Positions 6,967 through 13,955 of a stretch of 14,081 bases of DNA are shown piece by piece (the stretch's first letter is position 1; the number at the start of each line of letters is the position of its first letter). The stretch comes from Halalkalibacterium halodurans (lineage in GTDB: Bacteria; Bacillota; Bacilli; Bacillales; Bacillaceae_D): assembly GCF_004376175.1 (NCBI RefSeq), contig NZ_SNUY01000082.1:1-14081 (forward strand), given 5' to 3'. A program made the translations under genes and the position numbers. The notes below the pieces were generated by a model that ran no database searches, had not been told where the DNA came from, and saw only the letters and a list, made by a program, of their open reading frames with translations.

Positions 6967-7785
6967 ATGGGCAAAAACACATTTTTCTATCAATTCTTTA
7001 AACAATTGAAAACCGATCCAATCCCGGACTGGTCAGCAACCCTTGCGTACTATTTTATGCTATCCATCTTTCCACTCATCATTTTTATCCTAGCGCTCAT
7101 TCCATATTTTTCAATTGATCAACAGTACCTCTACCAAATCATTGTCGATTATTTGCCTGAGGATTTGGCAGACGTCTTTACCTCAGTGATTTTAGATGTT
7201 GTAAGCAGACCTCAAGGTGGCCTAGTATCATTCGGTGCTCTTGCCGCCATATGGACGGCTTCTAACGGCATGAATGCCCTCATTCGAGCCGTAAATCGTT
7301 GCTATGCGGTCGAAGAAACGCGAAGTCTTTATAATTTGCGGTTTCTTTCCATCATGTTAACAATCGGCATGATGCTCGTTTTTGTTACAACGCTGTTACT
7401 CCCTGTTTTCGGACATTTAATCATCCAATTGCTAGATTGGTTATTTATTGTTCCTGAAGGGACCGCTTCGGTGCTAAATGCCTTGCGCTGGATCGTTGGT
7501 ATTTGTTTAATGACCATTATCCTCATTGTTATCTATCTCCTCGCACCGAACACGTCTTTAAAATTAAAAGATGTCGTAACAGGTGCGGTTGTCGCAACAA
7601 TTGGCTGGCAGCTTATTTCATACGGCTTCTCTGCTTATGTAAGCAACTTCGGGAATTTCTCTGCCACGTATGGAAGTCTAGGAGGGGTGATCGTGCTCAT
7701 GCTTTGGTTTTTTCTCAGCAGCCTTATGCTCATCATTGGTGGTGAGGTCAACGCGGCCACCTATCGATTGAAGCAGCAACAGTAA
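6967..7785 (+). CDS. YihY/virulence factor BrkB family membrane protein
   Basis: FFKQLKTDPIPDWSATLAYYFMLSIFPLIIFILALIPYF and the multi-TM body are typical of the YihY/BrkB family. The real start is the ATG at 6967, preceded by AAGGAAGGGAGAAG. The 6751 start in the ORF track is an upstream read-through. Confidence 0.85.
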   Translation: MGKNTFFYQFFKQLKTDPIPDWSATLAYYFMLSIFPLIIFILALIPYFSIDQQYLYQIIVDYLPEDLADVFTSVILDVVSRPQGGLVSFGALAAIWTASNGMNALIRAVNRCYAVEETRSLYNLRFLSIMLTIGMMLVFVTTLLLPVFGHLIIQLLDWLFIVPEGTASVLNALRWIVGICLMTIILIVIYLLAPNTSLKLKDVVTGAVVATIGWQLISYGFSAYVSNFGNFSATYGSLGGVIVLMLWFFLSSLMLIIGGEVNAATYRLKQQQ

Positions 7786-7961
7786 AGATAGAAAACTTGA
7801 AGTTTTAATAATCGAAACAATCGATTTCTTACATTTTGATTCTTTCTAGTGGATAAACGTCTAAAAGTGCAAAAATTCTCCGCTTTCTGTGTATAAACTT
7901 AATAAAACTGGCAATGATGGTACCAGCACTCGTAAAACATGCGAGATTAGGAGGAGTAAAC

Positions 7962-8234
7962 ATGAATAAAACAGAACTTATCCATCAAGTGGCAGAACGT
8001 ACACAGATGTCAAAAAAAGATGCTGGTGAAGTTGTTAACACTGTATTTGATGTCATTGCTGAATCCCTTGCCCAAGGTGACTCTGTACAACTGATCGGGT
8101 TCGGAAACTTTGAAGTGCGTGAACGTGCCGCACGAAAAGGTAGAAACCCACAGACTGGAGAGGAAATTGACATTGCCGCAACAAAAACACCAGCGTTCAA
8201 AGCGGGAAAGCAGCTAAAAGATGCAGTGAAGTAA
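7962..8234 (+). CDS. hup: HU family DNA-binding protein
   Basis: 90 aa: [99 protein letters not shown] lies 7 nt upstream of the ATG at 7962. Confidence 0.95.
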   Translation: MNKTELIHQVAERTQMSKKDAGEVVNTVFDVIAESLAQGDSVQLIGFGNFEVRERAARKGRNPQTGEEIDIAATKTPAFKAGKQLKDAVK

Positions 8235-8236
8235 CA

Positions 8237-8270
8237 GAAAAAACGCCCCTTTATAGGAGGCGTTTTTTCT
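8237..8270. terminator. Terminator after the HU gene (A-run before and T-run after, so possibly shared with the convergent RDD gene)
   Basis: AAAAAACGCCCC-TTTATA-GGAGGCGTTTTTT. Confidence 0.8.
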
Positions 8271-8315
8271 TGGTCTACGAGTAGGATCAATGAAATAAGT
8301 TCTGTCTTCTTTAAC

Positions 8316-8744
8316 CTATTCAGCCTCAGGTGTTTGCCCTGGTGCGTCATACGTAACATAGGTTCCAGCAATTAAATCATGCAAGCTTCTCTTGTCTTCG
8401 CGCAATCCAACCATAAAGGCGCTGACAATGACGGCAATACCAAAAGTAATAAGATAAACAAAACCTGCCACAATCGTTCGCAGCAACATTGTTCCGATCC
8501 CTACATTTTCTCCGTCCATTTTTACAATTCGTACACCACAAATCTTTTTTCCAATCGTGTAGCCTAGCCATAAAACAGGCAGTAATAATCCATAGACTAG
8601 GTTGACCCCGCCTTGAAAAATAGAAGTCATCGGCTCTTCCAAACCTAAAATAAGCGTAATAATCGCGAGAGGAATACCTATAATGATGCCATCTAGAAGA
8701 CCAGCGCCTAGGCGAATCCAAAATCCTGCTGGGTTACTAACCAC
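8316..8744 (-). CDS. RDD family membrane protein
   Basis: NPAGFWIRLGAGLLDGIIIG, three TM segments and the C-terminal RSLHDLIAGTYV are typical of RDD/YckC-like proteins. Confidence 0.8.
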   Translation of the reverse strand: MVSNPAGFWIRLGAGLLDGIIIGIPLAIITLILGLEEPMTSIFQGGVNLVYGLLLPVLWLGYTIGKKICGVRIVKMDGENVGIGTMLLRTIVAGFVYLITFGIAVIVSAFMVGLREDKRSLHDLIAGTYVTYDAPGQTPEAE

Positions 8745-8900
8745 TTTTGATCATCCTTTCTTGGTTTTACGTTCATTCCCATTTTAGTGTTTAATCATGC
8801 AATCGACAATCTTTTTTATTGAAAGCACCTTTTCTACTACTTAATTATCGATTGAAGACGAAAAGAGTTTTCACAGACTCATGCCTTTTGACTCTTATTA

Positions 8901-8929
8901 TGTCAACATATTTATGTAGACAGTTGACA
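8901..8929. promoter_or_regulatory. BirA (biotin repressor) operator
   Basis: A perfect inverted repeat, TGTCAAC-N15-GTTGACA, matches the Firmicutes BirA-box layout TGTnAAC-N15-GTTnACA. It overlaps the -35 of the bioY promoter. Confidence 0.8.
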
Positions 8930-8952
8930 AAGTCACCTCATTTGCTTACGAT
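8924..8952 (+). promoter_or_regulatory. Sigma-A promoter of bioY
   Basis: TTGACA-17 nt-TACGAT lies 35 nt upstream of the bioY ATG. The -35 hexamer sits inside the right half-site of the BirA box. Confidence 0.6.
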
Positions 8953-8986
8953 TATGTTAACTAATTCACTTCGGAGGTAAACATTC

Positions 8987-9580
8987 ATGGCAACAAAATC
9001 GTTTCGCACCATAGATCTTGTGTTAGTACCAATGTTTGCAGCCTTGATGGGCATCGGTGCTAACGTTACATCTTTTCTTGTCATTGGCGGCGTACCCATC
9101 ACCCTACAAACGCTGTTTTCCATCCTCGCAGGCGCACTTCTAGGAAGTCGACTTGGCGCGTTTGCTATGTCCCTCTATTTACTTGTCGGGCTCGTTGGCT
9201 TTCCAGTCTTTGCCCAATTCAAGGGAGGCTTGAGCACATTTGTTAGCCCAACATTCGGGTTCCTAATTTCCTTCATTCTCGTTGCGTATGTGACAGGGAA
9301 AATCATCGAAAAGAGTGAAAGTAAATCTTTCTTCACATTCGTTATTGCATGCTTTATCGGACTTATTATTAACTATGTCGTTGGGACGAATTATATGTAT
9401 TTTGCTTATATCACCATTGCAGAAGCCCCTGAAGGCTTCACCTATTCAATGGCCTGGGCTTGGATGATCGCGCCTTTCATAAAGGATGTCATCGTCACAA
9501 TCGCTGCTGCGGTAGTTGCCCACCGTATTTACGGCACTGTCCGGAAACACCGACCGAATCATTTACAGCAAGCAAGTTAA
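8987..9580 (+). CDS. bioY: Biotin transporter BioY (ECF-type S component)
   Basis: 197 aa and multi-TM. VPITLQTLFSILAGALLG and GLVGFPVFA...GGLSTFVSPTFGFLISFI are typical BioY motifs. RBS GGAGG and a BirA box lie upstream. Confidence 0.92.
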   Translation: MATKSFRTIDLVLVPMFAALMGIGANVTSFLVIGGVPITLQTLFSILAGALLGSRLGAFAMSLYLLVGLVGFPVFAQFKGGLSTFVSPTFGFLISFILVAYVTGKIIEKSESKSFFTFVIACFIGLIINYVVGTNYMYFAYITIAEAPEGFTYSMAWAWMIAPFIKDVIVTIAAAVVAHRIYGTVRKHRPNHLQQAS

Positions 9581-9595
9581 TCCTTTATGCAAGAA

Positions 9596-9635
9596 AAAGG
9601 TCTGCTCTCTAATGGAGAAGCGACCTTTTATTTTT
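9596..9635. terminator. Bidirectional terminator after bioY
   Basis: AAAGGTCTGCTCTCT pairs with AGAGAAGCGACCTTT (two bulges), followed by TTTTATTTTT, with an A-run upstream. Confidence 0.6.
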
Positions 9636-9904
9636 CATTGAAAGATGGTCCTGATTGGGTTAGAGGGGTGTAACATAAAATCGACTTCTGCCTTTTCTTC
9701 ACCGTTAACGATAATGGTCAGTTTATGCATTCCAGGATAGAGAGTTCTTGCTGATAAATGGTTAAACGTATGTTTACGGACGAATTGTATCGTACCTTTA
9801 GAACAAGTTTTCTCAGATAAGTAAAAGACTTTGCGATTTTGTCGTCCATTCGCTTTCACGAAATAAATCCCGTATTCGATCCTTACCTTAGGAGGTAATG
9901 TTTT
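9635..9904 (-). pseudogene. C-terminal remnant (about 85 codons) of a DNA alkylation repair protein (YhaZ/COG4335-like)
   Basis: The open frame reads ...VRIEYGIYFVKANGRQNRKVFYLSEKTCSKGTIQFVRKHTFNHLSARTLYPGMHKLTIIVNGEEKAEVDFML. This matches my recollection of the C-terminal module of DNA alkylation repair proteins of about 370 aa (motif ...F.KANG...KVFKL...H.F...TR.YY.G.H.L.I.ING...F.L). The frame opens just after a TGA at 9905-9907, directly beside the upstream gene's terminator. There is no convincing RBS and the only start is a GTG. Confidence 0.55.
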
Positions 9905-9910
9905 TCAAGC

Positions 9911-9940
9911 AAAAAAAGAACGAGGACTCGCTCCTCGTTC
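9911..9940 (-). terminator. Rho-independent terminator of the yuiF-like transporter gene
   Basis: A 9-bp stem, GAACGAGGA (9918-9926) with TCCTCGTTC (9932-9940), has loop CTCGC and is followed on the minus strand by TTTTTTT. Confidence 0.85.
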
Positions 9941-9951
9941 GATCATTTTAT

Positions 9952-11274
9952 TTACAGCATCATCGCCGCAATCCAACCAAAAAGTAAGAGTGGAATATTA
10001 AAGTGAAGAAAGGTCGGCACACATGTATCCCAAATGTGATTATGTTGACCATCGGCGTTCAATCCTGCCGTCGGCCCAAGCGTACTGTCTGAAGCGGGAG
10101 CTCCGGCATCCCCTAACGCTCCAGCAGTTCCAATTAGGACGATAATCGCCATTGGACTAAAACCAACAGCCAACCCTAACGGAACGAACAATGTAGCGAT
10201 AATCGGAATCGTCGAAAAGGACGAGCCGATCCCCATCGTAATAAACAAGCCAACGACGAGCATGAGCATAGCCGCCAGCCCTCGTTGCTGCCCAATGACA
10301 GCGGCCACTTGTTCAACAAGTAGCTCCACATGACCCGTTTCACGGATGACGGCGGCAAAGCCTGCAGCTGTGAGCATGACAAAGCCGATGAACGCCATCA
10401 TCTTCATCCCTTCTGTCACCGCTTGATCCGCTTCCCTACGATTAAAAGATCCTGACAAAAATAAAATCATCAACCCGGCCAAACCAGCAATAATCATCGA
10501 TTCAGAATAATATTGTACGACCAATGTGACAACAATGGCCACTACGGCACAGGCGATGGTCCAGTTCGAATAGCTGATCTCTTCCTGCTTAAATTCTGCA
10601 CTAATTTCACGATTTTCATAGCTTCTTGGTCCCCGGTATGTTACAAATACGGCAAAAAGCAACCCTACGACTAAGCCTATCGTTGGCAGTGCCATCGCCG
10701 TCGGAATCTCTGCCATCGTCACCTCAAGACCATTATCGGCAATGTTCGACTGAATAATCCCGTGGAAGATTTGCCCGAACCCATATGGCAAGAAAATGTA
10801 AGGCGCTGTTAAGCCAAACGTTAAAATCGTCGCGATTAACCGACGATCCACTTCTAATTCATTTAAAATTTTTAAAATCGGTGGAATTAAAATTGGGATA
10901 AACGCAATGTGAATGGGAATTACATTTTGAGAAAAACAAGAAATGATGAGAATAACGAAAAATAATAATGCCTTTGATAACGTTTTTCTTCGATCTTCCC
11001 CTTCTTTCCCTACTAGCCGAAGCACGACATTCACCATGACATCCGGCAACCCCGTCTTTGAAATCGCCACCGCAAAGGCACCGAGCAACGCATAGCTCAA
11101 TGCAACAGTCGCATTCCCTCCAAGCCCTTCACTGAACACTTCGATCGTCTCTAAAAACCCGAGACCGCCTACTACTCCACCGACGATAGCCCCAATCGAA
11201 AGGGCAAGGACAACGTGAACACGAAGTAAGCTTAAAACTAACATAACAATGACCGCAAGCAAGACGGCATTCAT
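9952..11274 (-). CDS. yuiF: Na+/H+ antiporter family (NhaC-superfamily) transporter, YuiF-like putative amino-acid transporter
   Basis: Polytopic, about 440 aa. MNAVLLAVIVMLVLSLLRVHVVLALSIGAIVGG...GLGGNATVALSYALLGAFAVAISKTGLPD resembles B. subtilis YuiF. As I recall, yuiF also neighbours a bioY paralog (yuiG) in B. subtilis. The ATG at 11274 sits 9 nt after GGAGAGG. The upstream GTG and ATG codons overlap that RBS. Confidence 0.8.
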   Translation of the reverse strand: MNAVLLAVIVMLVLSLLRVHVVLALSIGAIVGGVVGGLGFLETIEVFSEGLGGNATVALSYALLGAFAVAISKTGLPDVMVNVVLRLVGKEGEDRRKTLSKALLFFVILIISCFSQNVIPIHIAFIPILIPPILKILNELEVDRRLIATILTFGLTAPYIFLPYGFGQIFHGIIQSNIADNGLEVTMAEIPTAMALPTIGLVVGLLFAVFVTYRGPRSYENREISAEFKQEEISYSNWTIACAVVAIVVTLVVQYYSESMIIAGLAGLMILFLSGSFNRREADQAVTEGMKMMAFIGFVMLTAAGFAAVIRETGHVELLVEQVAAVIGQQRGLAAMLMLVVGLFITMGIGSSFSTIPIIATLFVPLGLAVGFSPMAIIVLIGTAGALGDAGAPASDSTLGPTAGLNADGQHNHIWDTCVPTFLHFNIPLLLFGWIAAMML

Positions 11275-11450
11275 AAAAAACATCCTCTCCACGACAACAA
11301 ATACTTTAGTTTATTAAATCACTAATATACTAAAATATGAAACTCCGGTTGTCAAGGTAACCGATGTCAGGTAAAAAACACCATCGGACATGCTGCTTTT
11401 CGAGCTTCTCTTATCCTTTAATCATTTAGTGAAGTTAACTTTCCTAGAAT

Positions 11451-11489
11451 GCAAAACGAGTCGCACCTTAGCAACTAAAGGTGCGACTC
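11451..11489 (-). terminator. Terminator of the sigma/PadR-like/SEDS-like operon
   Basis: An 11-bp stem, GAGTCGCACCT (11458-11468) with AGGTGCGACTC (11479-11489), is followed on the minus strand by GTTTTGCATTC. The stop codon of the SEDS-like gene (11475-11477) lies in the loop. Confidence 0.65.
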
Positions 11490-12770
11490 CTTCAAACCAC
11501 GATCGATCACAACATATTGATGGCGATAAACATTTAAAATGATCCCTATTAATCCACTGTAATACATTTGCTGTCCTATACCGAAGCTCAGTATTGGTAC
11601 GGAATGTTCGATAATGGGGAGCCAGCCAATGTTCATAAATACACCCATTATGAGCGGCACTACTATGAGTGTCGTTGCCCCGATCACAAGAACGCTTCCT
11701 TTCAGGTCAGGGGTTCGGCGGCTTGTGCGAACAAAGCGAACGATAGCATAGACAAACAGAGCTAAAATGCTCAATGCAGGAACCCAACCAATTTCATGTA
11801 TCAAAAACAAAAGCACTAAATCCGTATTGTAGCGAAGCTCTACCATCGTTTGTGCAAATTGTGAGCTTCCTCTCCCGAAAAATACCGAATGCTGTAGCAA
11901 ATCTTGATTGATGAACGGTATATAACCAAAGCTAGAAGAATATTGCTCGGGTCGAAGCCAACCGAGAACCCGGTCAATCTGATGCTGCGGCGCTATCGAG
12001 ATGTAAAACGTTACCGCGATTACGAGGAGACAGACATTCACCAAAAGAAAGGTTATTTTTTCCCTCTGTTTACTGCTTTTCAAAAAATACGTAAAAAGAC
12101 TTAATGAAAAATACGCAAATGCAGCAATATAATGTGTTAAAAACGTTAAAAACATGACAGGAAGCCATACGAGTAGGATTGTCAACGAAAGAGGCTTTCG
12201 TTTTGCAATCAATAAGTAGCCAATCCAGCCGAGTAAGAGAAGAAAGTTGACGACCATCATATCCATCGTTCCACCTAGTGGAGAAAAATACACTTTCCCG
12301 TTAACTGTTAGCGAAAATATCGGCATTAACGTGAGTAGCAATATCCCCATTCCCATTGCCAGCCATATTTTCCACCATGAAAGCAGTTTTTCATAAGGAA
12401 AGAGCATGCATCCAACGAGAACAATACTAGAAGCAAATAAAGATAGCCATTGGTATGTCATGATTCCTCCGATTTCGTTCTTTACGAGAAACACCGGTAG
12501 CATACTAATGGCTAGCAGCAGCCCAGCAACGATCAAAAGTGGCCAATCCATCACAGGACGGTGCAAGCGGTTCATTTTCAATCCTAAATCGTCAGGATCC
12601 CCCATGTCTTGGACCGCTTTTGCACTCGCCTCTTCCTCCGTATAACCTGCTTTTTTATAGGCTTTCGAGCTCTCATTCAGATGATGACGAAGCTCTTTTT
12701 CCACTAGTTCTCGCCCTGCTTTTGATTTCATTTGACCTAAAACCCTTGCAAGAAAGTCATCCATTTTCAA
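11475..12770 (-). CDS. Divergent SEDS (FtsW/RodA/SpoVE)-like polytopic membrane protein with an N-terminal DUF1700/permease-prefix-like cytoplasmic helical domain
   Basis: The N-terminal 70 aa (MDDFLARVLGQMKSKAGRELVEKELRHHLNESSKAYKKAGYTEEEASAKAVQDMGDPDDLG) have the DUF1700/permease-prefix pattern seen in partners of PadR regulators. About 10 TM segments follow. The C-terminal third aligns by eye with SEDS: LGWLRPE...FGYIP...FFGRG...YNTDLVLLFLIHEIGW...NIGWLPIIEHSVPILSFGIGQQ corresponds to SEDS ...HTDFIF..GEELG...G.LP.TG.PLPF.SYGGS. A TTG start at 12770 lies 7 nt after GGGGTG. An ATG follows two codons later. Confidence 0.7.
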   Translation of the reverse strand: MKMDDFLARVLGQMKSKAGRELVEKELRHHLNESSKAYKKAGYTEEEASAKAVQDMGDPDDLGLKMNRLHRPVMDWPLLIVAGLLLAISMLPVFLVKNEIGGIMTYQWLSLFASSIVLVGCMLFPYEKLLSWWKIWLAMGMGILLLTLMPIFSLTVNGKVYFSPLGGTMDMMVVNFLLLLGWIGYLLIAKRKPLSLTILLVWLPVMFLTFLTHYIAAFAYFSLSLFTYFLKSSKQREKITFLLVNVCLLVIAVTFYISIAPQHQIDRVLGWLRPEQYSSSFGYIPFINQDLLQHSVFFGRGSSQFAQTMVELRYNTDLVLLFLIHEIGWVPALSILALFVYAIVRFVRTSRRTPDLKGSVLVIGATTLIVVPLIMGVFMNIGWLPIIEHSVPILSFGIGQQMYYSGLIGIILNVYRHQYVVIDRGLKESHL

Positions 12771-13185
12771 AGCCCAACACCCCCTTAAACGTTAGCTTCG
12801 CCTCTTGTTCTACTGTTCTTGTTAGTACATCCCGCCCCTTGGATGTTGTTTGATAAATCTTTACTTCTTCTCCATCCCTCATCACCCACCGACTTTTCAC
12901 AAAACATTCCATTTCTAGCCTGTGTAAGTATGGATAAAGAACTCCCTCCTGACCATAAAAGGTATGACACCCTTTTTGCTCTAGGTTCGTGAGCAATTGA
13001 TATCCCGTCTTTTCTTCATGCTGCAAAGAGGCCAGGATCTCGAGCAAGTCATTTGGTCGCACGAGCGTTTGCAGCATTAGCTTTTTACGGACAGCGTCCT
13101 GTCCACGTTCTGTGAAAGACCAGTTTTGAAACATCGATGTATCGAGTGACTGTTTCATTTTTTTCCGAAGCTCATCGTCCATCAT
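12757..13185 (-). CDS. PadR-like winged-helix protein with an N-terminal extension of about 45 aa (sits in the anti-sigma position)
   Basis: LLEILASLQHEEKTGYQLLTNLEQKG...GVLYPYLHRLEMECFVKSRWVMRDGEEVKIYQTTSKGRDVL follows the PadR wHTH pattern (GY.I...L, G.LYP.L.RLE..G.I, K.Y.LT..G). Its start overlaps the sigma stop (ATGA) and its stop overlaps the downstream start. Confidence 0.7.
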   Translation of the reverse strand: MMDDELRKKMKQSLDTSMFQNWSFTERGQDAVRKKLMLQTLVRPNDLLEILASLQHEEKTGYQLLTNLEQKGCHTFYGQEGVLYPYLHRLEMECFVKSRWVMRDGEEVKIYQTTSKGRDVLTRTVEQEAKLTFKGVLGFENG

Positions 13186-13733
13186 GTTTCGTCCTCCTTT
13201 TCGAGCAAATTTTTCAAAAGCAACCGTCCTTTTCTTAACCGTGTCTTAACTGTATTTTCGTTAAGTCCTGTAAAGCTTGCCACTTCCTTAACCGACAGTT
13301 CCTCGTAATAGTAGAAATAAATGACTTCTCGGTACGAAAGGGGCAACGAAAAAACAGCAGCTGCTAATCGCTCTTCATCACTTTTCAACAAAACTTCGTA
13401 TTCTGGTGTTTGTTCTGTTGTTTCGATTTCCTCCGCCACTTCCGACGGATAAACATGCTTTGCGTGCCAGCTTTTCAAAAAGTCCTTACCTCGATTAATG
13501 GCGATTCGGTACAGCCACGCTTTGGCAGAGGATCGCGTTTGATATGTATGGTAAGACTGAAACGCTCTAACAAAAACCTCTTGCGTTAAGTCTTCCGCTA
13601 TTTGTTTATCTTTAACGTAAGAATAAACAACACGGAGAATCGCTGTGCCGTACTCTTCCATCCAAGCAATTAGTTGATGTTCCCGCATTTCTGCCGTTTC
13701 GATTTCTCCTATTTTCCCTGGTAACGACTCCAC
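13182..13733 (-). CDS. ECF-type RNA polymerase sigma-70 family factor
   Basis: Region 2 is DLTQEVFVRAFQSYHTYQTRSSAKAWLYRIAINRGKDFLK. Region 4 is REVIYFYYYEELSVKEVASFTGLNENTVKTRLRKGRLLLK. The GTG start lies 7 nt after AGGAGG. Confidence 0.9.
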   Translation of the reverse strand: MESLPGKIGEIETAEMREHQLIAWMEEYGTAILRVVYSYVKDKQIAEDLTQEVFVRAFQSYHTYQTRSSAKAWLYRIAINRGKDFLKSWHAKHVYPSEVAEEIETTEQTPEYEVLLKSDEERLAAAVFSLPLSYREVIYFYYYEELSVKEVASFTGLNENTVKTRLRKGRLLLKNLLEKEDET

Positions 13734-13753
13734 ATCTTCACCTCCTTACTTTA

Positions 13754-13782
13754 TAAACGATGCACACACGAAAATGGTTTTC
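13754..13782 (-). promoter_or_regulatory. Candidate ECF-type autoregulatory promoter
   Basis: The minus strand reads GAAAAC-17 nt-CGTTTA (an AAC-type -35 and a CGT-type -10), directly upstream of the sigma gene's RBS. Confidence 0.35.
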
Positions 13783-13955
13783 TTTTTTCGCTTTATCTTT
13801 ATTGAAAGATCTCGATCACCAAAAATGTACCAAATGAACATCGTTTACATAATGTATAAAGACTTTTGCGGAAATCACAAACATCCAAACGGCCACATTT
13901 GGAACAAAAATGATTGACAACGTATAGGATAATTTAGCATCTTCTCTATCGTCCA

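Noticed and set aside
7329-7745. ORFs 7329..7526(-) and 7503..7745(+) inside the YihY/BrkB gene
   Set aside because: They are shadow frames of a membrane-protein gene.
7786-7961. Short AT-rich palindromes (AAAACTTGAAGTTTT, AATCGAAACAATCGATT) between the YihY gene and the HU gene
   Set aside because: The stems are too weak and the loops too small for confident terminators or operators. I could not assign an HU promoter with acceptable spacing.
7914-8371. Upstream extension of the HU ORF (7914..7961) and the 128-aa antisense ORF 7985..8371
   Set aside because: The HU start at 7962 has a consensus AGGAGG RBS and gives the canonical 90-aa protein. The antisense ORF spans the HU gene and its terminator.
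8377-8721. ORFs 8377..8721(-) and 8379..8567(+) within the RDD gene
   Set aside because: They are alternative frames of the RDD protein gene. Their composition is Arg/Trp/Cys-rich and non-protein-like.
8938-9123. 61-aa minus-strand ORF across the bioY start
   Set aside because: It is antisense to the bioY promoter and N-terminus, with no RBS.
10176-10382. 68-aa alternative-frame ORF in the yuiF-like gene
   Set aside because: It is a shadow frame inside a polytopic transporter gene.
11568-12970. ORFs 11568..11765(+), 11904..12104(+), 12406..12645(+), 12539..12853(+) and 12785..12970(-)
   Set aside because: They are antisense or alternative frames of the SEDS-like and PadR-like genes. None has an RBS or a recognisable domain.
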